NCBI GenBank assembly: GCA_963663275.1
Contig: OY760183.1
Coordinates: 1,664,001-1,728,000 of the forward strand
Reading direction: 5' to 3'
Source of the DNA: Chloroflexota bacterium
GTDB lineage: Bacteria; Chloroflexota; UBA11872; VXOZ01
Length of the DNA stretch: 64,000 nt
The position numbers and the translations under genes are program-made. Shown here in pieces: positions 8,287 to 16,921 of the stretch (positions are counted from its first letter, which is position 1; the number at the start of each line of letters is the position of its first letter). The notes beneath the pieces are model-generated. The model was not told the origin of the DNA and did not search any database. It saw only the letters and a list, made by a program, of their open reading frames with translations.

Positions 8287-9158
8287 TAGATTACCAGGGA
8301 GCGATCGACCGCAGCGGTGTATTCGTCCCAGATGTCATCGCGCATCTCCCACGGCAGCATTTCCACCTCTACCGCGCGGATGCCGACGATGCGGCGCGCG
8401 ACCTGGCGCGTCCGCTTCACCTGCTCCGGCGTTTGGAACCAGCCCTGTATCCGCGCCGTGTGCCCGTCCGCGCTCACGGCCAGATCGGCAAAGATGCAGC
8501 CGAAGAGGTCGCTATCGTTGTGCAGGACGAACGAGAGGCTGAGGGTCCGGCGGAACCAGACTTCGGAACCGACCCACGACTGCATCATGCCCTGGAACCA
8601 CCCCTGCCAGTATTGGTCGTAGACCAGGCCGGAGAGCAGCCAGGGTATCAGGAGGTAGCCGACCATGAACGGCATCTCTTTCCAAAGTGCGAGCCCGAGG
8701 AAGAGCAGCGGCACGCCGATGATGCTGAGCAACAGGCCGGGCAGGGAATCCCAGGTGGAGCGCAACGGCACGGGCAGGAGGCTGCGCTCTACGCCCCGCA
8801 GGATGAGGCGCGCTTTGGCGGTGCCCAAGAGGCCGCCCGCCAGCAGGGCCGGCCACAGCGCCATGAGCATGGAAACCCAGCCGAAGGTGTGGGAAAGGGC
8901 GAGCGAGAAGACGCCGATGAGGTTGAAGGTGAAGAGCATCACCATGATCGGCCAGATGGCGATGAGGATCATGATGACGGCAAAGAGACCGGCAAAGACG
9001 CCCGCCCCGGCGATGAAACCGGCAATGAGCGGTATGCGCCGGTCGGCGACGAGCAGCATGGTCTCATGGGGTGTGCCGGTCGCCCACTCTTCGCGCCGGA
9101 GCGCCCGCGGCCGCGTCCAGCCGCTCGGGTCCCACCAAGGCCGCTGTGTGCTGCGCAT
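8286..9158 (-). CDS. Polytopic membrane protein with C-terminal BON-like domain, paralogous tail to the downstream gene
   Basis: Hydrophobic segments; tail LHNDSDLFGCIF...HTARIQGWF...RTRQVARRIVGIRAVEV; TAATG stop/start overlap. Confidence 0.65.
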   Translation of the reverse strand: MRSTQRPWWDPSGWTRPRALRREEWATGTPHETMLLVADRRIPLIAGFIAGAGVFAGLFAVIMILIAIWPIMVMLFTFNLIGVFSLALSHTFGWVSMLMALWPALLAGGLLGTAKARLILRGVERSLLPVPLRSTWDSLPGLLLSIIGVPLLFLGLALWKEMPFMVGYLLIPWLLSGLVYDQYWQGWFQGMMQSWVGSEVWFRRTLSLSFVLHNDSDLFGCIFADLAVSADGHTARIQGWFQTPEQVKRTRQVARRIVGIRAVEVEMLPWEMRDDIWDEYTAAVDRSLVI

Positions 9159-9347
9159 GGCCTGCTCTGCCTTTCCACCGCAACTTCCAGACAGTGCGCC
9201 CTACGGCCTATGATACTACGTTGGACGCTTTGTCTGCACAACCCAGTCGGGATTGCGCGCTGGCGCTCCCCTCAGGCGGTGAGCGGCGGCAGAGGAGAAT
9301 GCCCCCTCTCTTGGGGGAGAGCGTAGACGGAAGTGCTCCCTCTCCTG

Positions 9348-9569
9348 GGGCTGGCACGGGTATGTAAATGTCAATTGTAAGTTGTAAAAGGCGGGGAGAT
9401 TGGGAACGCAAGGAGGAAGCGCGAGGGGCGCGTCGCCTGTCATTCCGAGCGCAGCGAGGAATCTAGGGATGCTAGTTTTGCGGGGCGGCGCCTTAGATTC
9501 CTCTCTCCGCTGCGCTCCGTTCGGAATGACACGTGAAGTCGGATATTGATTGCATACCTCAATCAGGTC
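9348..9569. mobile_element. Degenerate MITE family B variant (222 bp) in a reverse-oriented CCCTCTCC repeat
   Basis: Ends GGGCTGGCACGGGTATGTAA / TTGCATACCTCAATCAGGTC; TCCTG on both flanks; internal GTCATTCCGAGC...TCGGAATGAC pair. Confidence 0.6.
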
Positions 9570-9669
9570 TCCTGGGCGAGTGGGACGGGGTTAGGGGGGG
9601 ACTCCGGCGTTGGGGTGAAAGAGCGTGATGCGTGACTGTAATGATTGCGTTCCGTCAGGAGCGCGCGGT

Positions 9670-9846
9670 GCGCAGGTTACAAACCTACGCTACCGGAGGG
9701 AAGAGGCGAGTGCGCGCGTGCGCAGGTTACAAACCTGCGCTACCGGAGGGGAAGGGGCGAGTGCGCGCGCGCAGGTTGCAAACCTGCGCTACCGGAGGGC
9801 AAGCGGCGAGTACGGTGCGCGCAGGTTGCAAACCTGCGCTACCGGA
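9670..9846. repeat. Four tandem ~50-bp units containing palindrome GCGCAGGTT(G/A)CAAACCTGCGCTAC
   Basis: Copies at 9670, 9720, 9769, 9819; related copies at ~18232-18285, ~39002-39065, ~51219-51259. Confidence 0.9.
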
Positions 9847-9889
9847 CGGAGGGCGGTATGGACGTTTCGCGGCGGCGGGCGGGGCAAGG

Positions 9890-10702
9890 CTACGCCCGGT
9901 GGCGGAACATCCAGGTGGCCACCGGCAGGGCCACCGCGATGATGCCGACGCACCAGGCCAGCGCCAGCCAGCCGCTGTTGCCGATGGGCGTGCCGACCAT
10001 CCAGGCGCGCATGGCTTCGATGACCAGGGTTACGGGTTGGTTTTCGGCAAAGACGCGCAGCACGGTGGGCATGTTGGCCGTGGGCACGAAGGCGCTGCTG
10101 GCGAAGGTGAGCGGCATCAGCACCATGAACCCGGCCCACTGCGCAGCCTGCAGCGACTTGACAACCATGCCCAGTATGGCCGAAATCCAGGAAATCGCCA
10201 GGGTAAAGACCAGCAACAGGCCGAAGACCAGCAGCCACTCGGTGGCATCGGCGGTAGGGCGGAACCCGACGAGAAAGCTGGCCGCCAGCATGACCAGAGC
10301 CGAGATGGTGTTGCGCACCAGGTCGGCGATCACGTGCGCCGCCAGCAGCGCGGAACTGGCCATCGGCAGCGCCCGGAAGCGGTCCACAATCCCCCGTTGG
10401 AGATCGACCAAGACGCTGAAGGTGGTGGTGTTCGCGCCAAACGCCGCGGTCTGCACCAGAATGCCCGCGACGAGAAAATTGACATAACTCGTTTCACCGG
10501 TGTTGATCGCGCCGCCGAAAACGTAGCGAAAGAGCAGCAGGAACATCACCGGCATCATGAAGGTCGAGAACAACTGATCGATGTTGCGTGTGATGTGCGT
10601 CAGGCTGCGTTTCGTCAGCACCCAGTAGTTGTCGAGCATCCAGTAGATTTCCGGACGGCTTTGCGTTTCGGTTTCCGCCAGCAGAGATGCCGTTTGCTTC
10701 AT
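9890..10702 (-). CDS. ABC-2 permease, DrrB-like
   Basis: PVMFLLLFRYVFGGAI, GIVDRFRALP, FASSAFVP, NQPVT. Confidence 0.9.
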   Translation of the reverse strand: MKQTASLLAETETQSRPEIYWMLDNYWVLTKRSLTHITRNIDQLFSTFMMPVMFLLLFRYVFGGAINTGETSYVNFLVAGILVQTAAFGANTTTFSVLVDLQRGIVDRFRALPMASSALLAAHVIADLVRNTISALVMLAASFLVGFRPTADATEWLLVFGLLLVFTLAISWISAILGMVVKSLQAAQWAGFMVLMPLTFASSAFVPTANMPTVLRVFAENQPVTLVIEAMRAWMVGTPIGNSGWLALAWCVGIIAVALPVATWMFRHRA

Positions 10703-11727
10703 TGCGTCATCTTCTCCTGATCCTCTTCGCCGTTGTCGTTCGCCGGCGGCGTGGCCGCGGCCCCGGTGAGCGTGAGAAAGACGTCGTCCAACGTGGGGCG
10801 GTGCAGCGAGACGTCTTCCACCTCTACGCCGTCCTCTTCCAGGCGTTGCAGCGCCTCTCGCAGTTCGTGGACGCCCTCGTGGCTGGCGATGCTCAGCAGA
10901 CGCCGCTTGCTATCCAGATGCAGGGACTGGCCGGCCAGGGCACGCTCCGCCGCCGTCAGGTCGCTGCCGGCCGCGATGACGATGTCCAGCCGCGTGGCGC
11001 CGATTCGCGCCTTGAGTTCGTCGGACGTGCCGGCGGCAATGACGGAACCATGGTCGATGACAATGATTCTGTCCGCCAGTTGGTCGGCTTCCTCCATGTA
11101 CTGCGTGGTAAGCAGAATAGTAATGTCGCTGGCCGAGAGCCGCTTGATCATCTCCCAGAGCGCCAGGCGGCTGCGGGGGTCCAGCCCCGTCGTCGGCTCG
11201 TCCAGGAAGATCACCGGCGGCGAGGCGATGAGGCTCATGGCTATGTCCAGGCGGCGGCGCATCCCGCCCGAATAGGTACTCACCTGGCGGCGCGCCGCGT
11301 CGGTAAGCTCGAACAGTTCCAGCAGGTCGCGAGTGCGGCGTTTGGTGTCGGCCCGGCTCAGGCGGTAGAGCCGCCCCAGCATCAGCAGGTTCTCCTCGCC
11401 CGTGAGGTATTCGTCCACCGCCGCGTACTGGCCGGTAAGCCCAATGCTCTTGCGCACCCGGTCGGCCTCCCGCACCACGTCATGGCCGTTGACTGCGGCC
11501 CGTCCGCCGTCCGGCGGCAGCAGCGTGCTGAGGATGCGGATGATGGTGGTCTTGCCGGCCCCGTTCGGGCCCAGCAGCGCCAGGATGCTGCCGCGTTCCA
11601 CTGCCAGGTCGATGCCTTTCAGCACTTCCAGTTTCTTGAAAGACTTGCGCAGGCCCGTAAGGACAATTGCGTTCTGGTGGGCAGCGCCGGCGTCCGTTTT
11701 AGCAAGTGAAGTCAGGGTTTCCGTCAT
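10699..11727 (-). CDS. ABC ATPase, DrrA-like
   Basis: GPNGAGKTT, YSGGMRRR, FLDEPTTGLD, LTTQYMEEAD; start at MTETL after AAGGAG; ATGA overlap with the permease. Confidence 0.9.
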   Translation of the reverse strand: MTETLTSLAKTDAGAAHQNAIVLTGLRKSFKKLEVLKGIDLAVERGSILALLGPNGAGKTTIIRILSTLLPPDGGRAAVNGHDVVREADRVRKSIGLTGQYAAVDEYLTGEENLLMLGRLYRLSRADTKRRTRDLLELFELTDAARRQVSTYSGGMRRRLDIAMSLIASPPVIFLDEPTTGLDPRSRLALWEMIKRLSASDITILLTTQYMEEADQLADRIIVIDHGSVIAAGTSDELKARIGATRLDIVIAAGSDLTAAERALAGQSLHLDSKRRLLSIASHEGVHELREALQRLEEDGVEVEDVSLHRPTLDDVFLTLTGAAATPPANDNGEEDQEKMTQ

Positions 11728-11783
11728 TGCCTCTCCTTGTGGGATGGACTGTGCCGGTCGATGGGGTCCGCCGGGGGTCAGGT

Positions 11784-12326
11784 CTATTCCACGTCGTCCA
11801 CCGGCGGCTCGGCTGCCGGCTGGATCAGGGCGAGGGGCTGGCCGTACTCCACCGGCTGGCGCGATTCCACCAGAAAGCGTTCCAGGGTGCCGGCGATGGG
11901 CGCTTGGATCTCGTTGAGCACGTTCAGCACCTCGACGTAGCCGAGCAACTGCCCCTCGGCCACCGCCGCGCCTTCGTCGAGCACGGCGCGTTGTCCCTCG
12001 CCCCGGCTGCGGGAGAAAACCCCCACCCATCCCGCGTGCACCGTGTGCAGGCTTGGCTCACCGGCTGCCGCCGCGGCGGACGAGGCTGGAGATGTGGCCG
12101 CCGTTTCGCCGACGACTTCGGCCTGTGCCGTGCGCTTGAGGGCCACGCGCACGCCCTGGTGCTCCACGGCAAGTTCTTCAACGTCCGATTCGGCAATCAG
12201 GTCCAGGAGCGGGTGCAGCCACTCCCGCACCACTTGATCCAGCGTCTGCGCGGATTCCTTGCCGGACGCAGCCGGTTCTGGCGCGGATGACGTTTCCGGG
12301 ACGGCCTGTTCGCCTTGCTCAGTCAC
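11784..12326 (-). CDS. Biotin carboxyl carrier protein-like protein lacking the biotinylation lysine
   Basis: AccB layout (ESDVEEL N-domain, Ala/Pro linker, VGVFSRS, NEIQAPIAG, VEYGQPL) directly after efp; EVLNVLNEI in place of EAMKxMNEI. Confidence 0.75.
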   Translation of the reverse strand: MTEQGEQAVPETSSAPEPAASGKESAQTLDQVVREWLHPLLDLIAESDVEELAVEHQGVRVALKRTAQAEVVGETAATSPASSAAAAAGEPSLHTVHAGWVGVFSRSRGEGQRAVLDEGAAVAEGQLLGYVEVLNVLNEIQAPIAGTLERFLVESRQPVEYGQPLALIQPAAEPPVDDVE

Positions 12327-12889
12327 TATGAACGCACCCGTTCGATGTAGCTGTTCGTGCGCGTGTCCACGCGAATTGTATCGCCCATGTTCACGAAGAG
12401 GGGCACGTTGACCACCAGGCCGGTTTCCAGGGTGGCCGGTTTCGTGCCGCCGGCCGCGGTGTCGCCCTTAACGCCGGGCGCGGTATCCGCGATTTCGAGT
12501 TCGATGGAAGGCGGCAGGGCGACGTCCAGGACGCGCTCGCCGTGCATCTCCAGCTCGATGGTGGCGCCGTCTCTGAGGAAGTGCGCGGCATTGCCCAGCA
12601 GCGCGCCGTCCACCAGAATTTCGTCGTAGGATTCCGTATCCATGAAGTGGAAGACGTCGCCGTCCTGGTAGAGGAACTGGGCCGGGCGCTGCTCCAGCCG
12701 GATCTGGCGGAAGCGCGCGCCGGCGTCGCAGGTGCGGTCGATGATGTGGCCTTCCTGCACGTTGCGCAGCTTGAGCCGCACCACCGCGCCGCCGCGTCCC
12801 ATCTTGATGTGCTTCACTTCTTCCAGGCGGAAGATGGCGTCCTCGTATTCGATGACGACCCCTCGTCGTAGGTTACCTGTGTCGATCAA
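12326..12889 (-). CDS. efp: Elongation factor P
   Basis: HIKMGRGGA, FHFMDTESY, PGVKGDTA, KPATLETG, VPLFV. Confidence 0.95.
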   Translation of the reverse strand: MIDTGNLRRGVVIEYEDAIFRLEEVKHIKMGRGGAVVRLKLRNVQEGHIIDRTCDAGARFRQIRLEQRPAQFLYQDGDVFHFMDTESYDEILVDGALLGNAAHFLRDGATIELEMHGERVLDVALPPSIELEIADTAPGVKGDTAAGGTKPATLETGLVVNVPLFVNMGDTIRVDTRTNSYIERVRS

Positions 12890-13209
12890 TGCGCTATGCC
12901 TCCTGCGCTTGCGCCCCTCACCCTAACCCTCTCCCACGGGGAGAGGGGACTGGAGCGGAGTTTTCTGTTGTTTGCCTAGTTCATCCGGAAATGGTTGGTA
13001 TATCGGGCAATCGAGTGTGTATCCGGTAATGGTGTGTGTATGCGGCAACTATGCCTGTGTCCGGCTGCCGTGTGGGTTCTTTTCGGCTACGGTGCGTCCA
13101 ATTCTTGCTACGGCGCTTGTTCAGCCGTAAACCGTGCGTGCCAATTGGGAAATACTCACATCCCGTTCAGGCAAGGTTTACGAGCCATTGAGGTGGTAGT
13201 TATGGAGAT

Positions 13210-14304
13210 TCATCCTGAGAATCGCAGTTTCGGCGAGCCGGTGAGGATTTCGGCGCCGTCGTCGTGGAGCAGCGCCAGGTCCTCGATGCGCACGCCGCCT
13301 ACGCCGGGCAGGTAGATGCCGGGTTCGATTGAAAACACGGCCCCGGCCGGCAGCGGCGTATCGCCGGCCAGCGGCGAGAGGCGCGGGGCTTCATGGATTT
13401 CCAGGCCCACGCCGTGCCCCAGGCCGTGGCCGAAGTGGTCGAGATGCCCGGCGGCTTCGATAACGTCACGGGCGAGCGCGTCGGCCTCCACGCCGGTCAT
13501 GCCGGCGCGCACCTGCGCCGCGGCGGTTTCCTGCGCTTGCAAGACCACGCCGTAGATTTCCCGCATCTCCGCCGGCGGCGTGCCGAGGACGACGGTGCGG
13601 GTCATGTCCGAGCAGTAGCCGTCGGCAACGCAGCCAAAGTCCATGACGATGAAGGCATCGCGGGGAATGGTGTCGTCGCCGGGCCGGTGGTGGGGCATGG
13701 CGGCGTTGGGTCCGGCCGCGACGATGGACGGAAACGAAAGCCCTTCCGCCCCGGCTTCCCGCATCAGCACCTCCAAGCGCCAGGCCACCGCCCGCTCGGT
13801 CACGCCGGGGCGCAGCCACGCCAGCAGTTCGGCCAGGGCGTTGTCCGCGATGGCGATGGCGCGCCGGAGAGCGGCCACTTCATCCGGCCCTTTGGCCACG
13901 CGGAGTTTCTCCACCACGCCTTTGGTTCCGATCAGGTCAACCTCACCGGACAGGCTCTCGCCATAGGAATCATGGTTCGCCACGCTCACGTGCTCGCTCT
14001 CGAACGCCATCCGCCGGACGCCGTGCTGCCGGCAGAGGTCCAGCAGCGCCGGGCCGAGCGCGCCGGTGAGCGGCACAACCGTGAAGCCTGCCGCTTGCTT
14101 GCCCGCTTGCTCGGTGTAGCGGGAGTCGGTGATGAGCAGCGCGGCGGCGGCGCAGAGCAGCAGCCAGCCGGACGAGCCGGTGAAGCCGGAGAGGTAGCGG
14201 CGGTTGTAGTCGTTGCTCACCAGGAGCGCGTCCGCTTCCAACTCGTCGAGCCGGTCGCGCACGTTTTGCACCCTGGGAGCGGTAGCAGTTTGTGTGGTAC
14301 TCAT
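13210..14304 (-). CDS. Xaa-Pro aminopeptidase (M24)
   Basis: YLSGFTGS, DSRY, YCSDMTRT, HGLGHGVGLEIHE, IEPGIY, GVRIED. Confidence 0.92.
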   Translation of the reverse strand: MSTTQTATAPRVQNVRDRLDELEADALLVSNDYNRRYLSGFTGSSGWLLLCAAAALLITDSRYTEQAGKQAAGFTVVPLTGALGPALLDLCRQHGVRRMAFESEHVSVANHDSYGESLSGEVDLIGTKGVVEKLRVAKGPDEVAALRRAIAIADNALAELLAWLRPGVTERAVAWRLEVLMREAGAEGLSFPSIVAAGPNAAMPHHRPGDDTIPRDAFIVMDFGCVADGYCSDMTRTVVLGTPPAEMREIYGVVLQAQETAAAQVRAGMTGVEADALARDVIEAAGHLDHFGHGLGHGVGLEIHEAPRLSPLAGDTPLPAGAVFSIEPGIYLPGVGGVRIEDLALLHDDGAEILTGSPKLRFSG

Positions 14305-14361
14305 GTGTGTAAATGCGGTCGGATCTACGGAGTGTATATATCCAATTGTAGCACGCAATGG

Positions 14362-15084
14362 CTACGGAACGGCGGAGACCGCGCCCAAGCTGATGAGCCA
14401 GCGGGCGATGGCGGCGGTCACGTTCGCCTCGACCCAGGCGGCGACGACCAGGAGCGGGATTACAAGGAAGACGTACCCCTTGCCGAGGTTGGCCGCGGCC
14501 CAGACCGCGTTCTCGAGCGTGCTGAGCGCAGGCACGGGCCGCAGGAACGACCAGGCGAGCCGCATCGAAAGGACGCTGCCCACCAGGATTGCGGGTATTT
14601 CGAACACGCCGTGGGGCAGCACCAGGAGCAGGCCCACCAGCACGGCGGACGGCGTGACCGCGTCGAGTTGCGCGCCAAGCATGCCCAGGAGGATGCCGGG
14701 CAGCGTGACCACCAGCAGCGGATAGATGCCGAGCGTGAACACCGCGAGGAGCGGGCTCAGCAGCAGGACGCGCAGGTTGTTACGCAGGATGGCCCCGGCG
14801 GTAATGCCCTCGATGCCGCCCAGGCGCTCGATCTGCGCGGCGTAGGCGCGGAGCAGGGCCTGCGTGGCCTGGGGATAGAACTCCGCCAGCGCGGCCCCGC
14901 CGGCAATGCCGCAGCAGAACGCGGCGGCGGTAAGCAGCAGTAGCCAGCGGTTGAAGAACAGGAGAGCGGGGATATCGCGCGCGTAGACGCGCACCGGCGA
15001 GAACGGCGCGCGCGGCGCCTGGGGAGCGCCGCCGGAATCGCAGACGGCCGTAGCCAGCCGGCCAAGCCGCTCCCGCGTTAGCAC
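14362..15084 (-). CDS. SpoIIM (DUF95) family membrane protein
   Basis: ILRNNLRV, LPHGVFEIPA, AAWVEANVT. Confidence 0.8.
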   Translation of the reverse strand: MLTRERLGRLATAVCDSGGAPQAPRAPFSPVRVYARDIPALLFFNRWLLLLTAAAFCCGIAGGAALAEFYPQATQALLRAYAAQIERLGGIEGITAGAILRNNLRVLLLSPLLAVFTLGIYPLLVVTLPGILLGMLGAQLDAVTPSAVLVGLLLVLPHGVFEIPAILVGSVLSMRLAWSFLRPVPALSTLENAVWAAANLGKGYVFLVIPLLVVAAWVEANVTAAIARWLISLGAVSAVP

Positions 15085-15090
15085 AACGCG

Positions 15091-15339
15091 CTAGCTCTTC
15101 TTGGCCGCGTCCCCGCCGCTCGCAGCCTGCTCGGACTTTGCTTCGGTGTCCGCGGCGGATTCGGCTTTCTGCTCGCCCTCCGCGTCGCCGGTCTCTTCCT
15201 CTTCCTTCATGGCCGTGCGGAACTCGCGAATGCTCTTGCCCAAGGACCCGCCGAGACCCGCGATGCGGCTGCCGCCGAAGAGGATCACGATGATGACAAG
15301 TATGATGAGGAGTTCCGTCCACCCAAATGTGCCAAGCAT
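15091..15339 (-). CDS. tatA: Twin-arginine translocase TatA
   Basis: GWTELLIILVIIVILFGG, LGKSIREFR. Confidence 0.92.
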   Translation of the reverse strand: MLGTFGWTELLIILVIIVILFGGSRIAGLGGSLGKSIREFRTAMKEEEETGDAEGEQKAESAADTEAKSEQAASGGDAAKKS

Positions 15340-15595
15340 TCCAATTTCCCTTTCATGCCGATGGCCGTTCCAAGTGTGCTTTGTCTGCTTTCCATGATAC
15401 GCGCGCGGCGGGCGAGAATCAAATCGAACGCGGGAGCGCCCCGGCGGCGCCGCCGCTGAATGCCGCCGCCGCGGCCGTCGCGCGGGGGCGGTTGTTTCTC
15501 GTCCAATGCTATGCTATCGTGAAGAAACACATGGGCGTTGTCCGCCCGCCGTTCACCATCGCAAGGGGCGCTGTTCTCGTGCAGGGGTGTAACCC

Positions 15596-16903
15596 ATGAA
15601 GCGCAAGCCTTTCCTCTCCATTCTGCTGGCGTTGGCGCTTGTCCTGACCGTCGGCACGGGCGCTTTCGCGGCGGGCTTTACGGCGGGTTCCCATGGCTCC
15701 CCCATCCAGCCGTTGGCGCAGGTGTTGTCGGGAGTCATTCCCGGCTTGCAGTCCGCCGCGCCGCCGGAGGACCATGAGGAGAAGTGGGAACTCTTCCTGC
15801 AAGTGTGGGAAATCGTCTCCAAAGAGTTCTACCGGCAGCCGATGGATCACGATGCGATGATGCGCGGCGCGATTCGCGGCATGTTGGAGACCCTCGGCGA
15901 TCCGCACACGGTCTTGCTCGATCCCTCGGTAAGCGAGCGGGCGCGGGAACAGACCCGCCAGAAGTTCCAGGGCATCGGCGCGCGCATAGAGGATAAAGAA
16001 GGACAGATCGTCGTCAACTCGGTGTTTCCCAATTCTCCCGCGGAGAAGGGGGGCTTGAAGCCGGGCGACATCATCATGGCGGTAGACGGGACTTCGCTGG
16101 AGGGACTTTCGCCGGAAGAGAGCGCGCTGCAAATCCGCGGGACCGCGGGCACCGACGTGACGCTGACAATCAAGCGGGGCGAGGAAGAGCCGTTCGACCT
16201 GACGCTGACGCGCGCCGAGGTGGACATTCCCTCACTCTCGATGCAAATGCTCCAGGGGAACGTGGGCTATATCCGGCTCTGGGGTTTTGGGGCGCTCACT
16301 GCCGATGAATTGCGCACGTCGCTGCAATCGCTGGTGGACGACGGCGCGCCGGGCCTCATTCTGGACTTGCGGAATAATCCGGGCGGCTTGTTGGGATCGG
16401 CGATCAGGGTGACCGGCGAGTTCTTGCCGCGCGGCTACGTGGTGCTCTATGAGGAGTCGGTGGTGGTCAGCCAAGCTCCTCGCGCCGACGCGGAGGAGAC
16501 TGACGACGACGGGGAGACGCAGTACCAACTGCGCCCCTATAAAGTGCGCATAGATGGGGTGGCCCTCGATATTCCGCTGGTCGTCCTGGTCAACGAGCGC
16601 AGCGCCAGCGCCTCGGAGATCGTGGCCGGGGCCTTGGCCCACTACGACCGCGCCGTCATCATCGGCCAGCGAACGTTTGGCAAGGGCACGGTGCAGTTGC
16701 CCCACGACCTGAGCGACGGCTCGCAGCTTCGCGTCACCATTGCGCGCTGGCTGACGCCGGGCAAAGAGTCGATCTCCGATGTCGGGATCACCCCGGGCAT
16801 TGAAATGGACGCCGAAGTCACCGTCCCCCTGGAAGAAGATGAGGCGGTGCAGCGCGCGCTGCAAGAGCTTACCCAGCTTGCCGCTCTCCCCGACGTTGCC
16901 TGA
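15596..16903 (+). CDS. S41 carboxyl-terminal protease with PDZ domain
   Basis: Signal peptide, LGDPHT, FQGIG, LDLRNNPGG, SASASE, TFGKG. Confidence 0.92.
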   Translation: MKRKPFLSILLALALVLTVGTGAFAAGFTAGSHGSPIQPLAQVLSGVIPGLQSAAPPEDHEEKWELFLQVWEIVSKEFYRQPMDHDAMMRGAIRGMLETLGDPHTVLLDPSVSERAREQTRQKFQGIGARIEDKEGQIVVNSVFPNSPAEKGGLKPGDIIMAVDGTSLEGLSPEESALQIRGTAGTDVTLTIKRGEEEPFDLTLTRAEVDIPSLSMQMLQGNVGYIRLWGFGALTADELRTSLQSLVDDGAPGLILDLRNNPGGLLGSAIRVTGEFLPRGYVVLYEESVVVSQAPRADAEETDDDGETQYQLRPYKVRIDGVALDIPLVVLVNERSASASEIVAGALAHYDRAVIIGQRTFGKGTVQLPHDLSDGSQLRVTIARWLTPGKESISDVGITPGIEMDAEVTVPLEEDEAVQRALQELTQLAALPDVA

Positions 16904-16921
16904 CGGGCGCTACCAATACCA

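Noticed and set aside
9670-9846. Possible CRISPR array (palindromic repeat with ~50-bp period)
   Set aside because: Spacers resemble each other, the repeat is dispersed elsewhere as a GTAG REP, and no cas genes are present
11728-12030. N-terminal extension of the DrrA-like ATPase
   Set aside because: Overlaps the accB-like gene; there is a good RBS and start at 11727
12960-13209. AT-richer spacer between pepP and efp as an ncRNA or small gene (12995-13315 ORF)
   Set aside because: No recognisable motif; the ORF is antisense to the operon and overlaps pepP
14362-15084. Evidence of sporulation from spoIIM
   Set aside because: The family is widespread in non-sporulating bacteria, and no other sporulation genes are here
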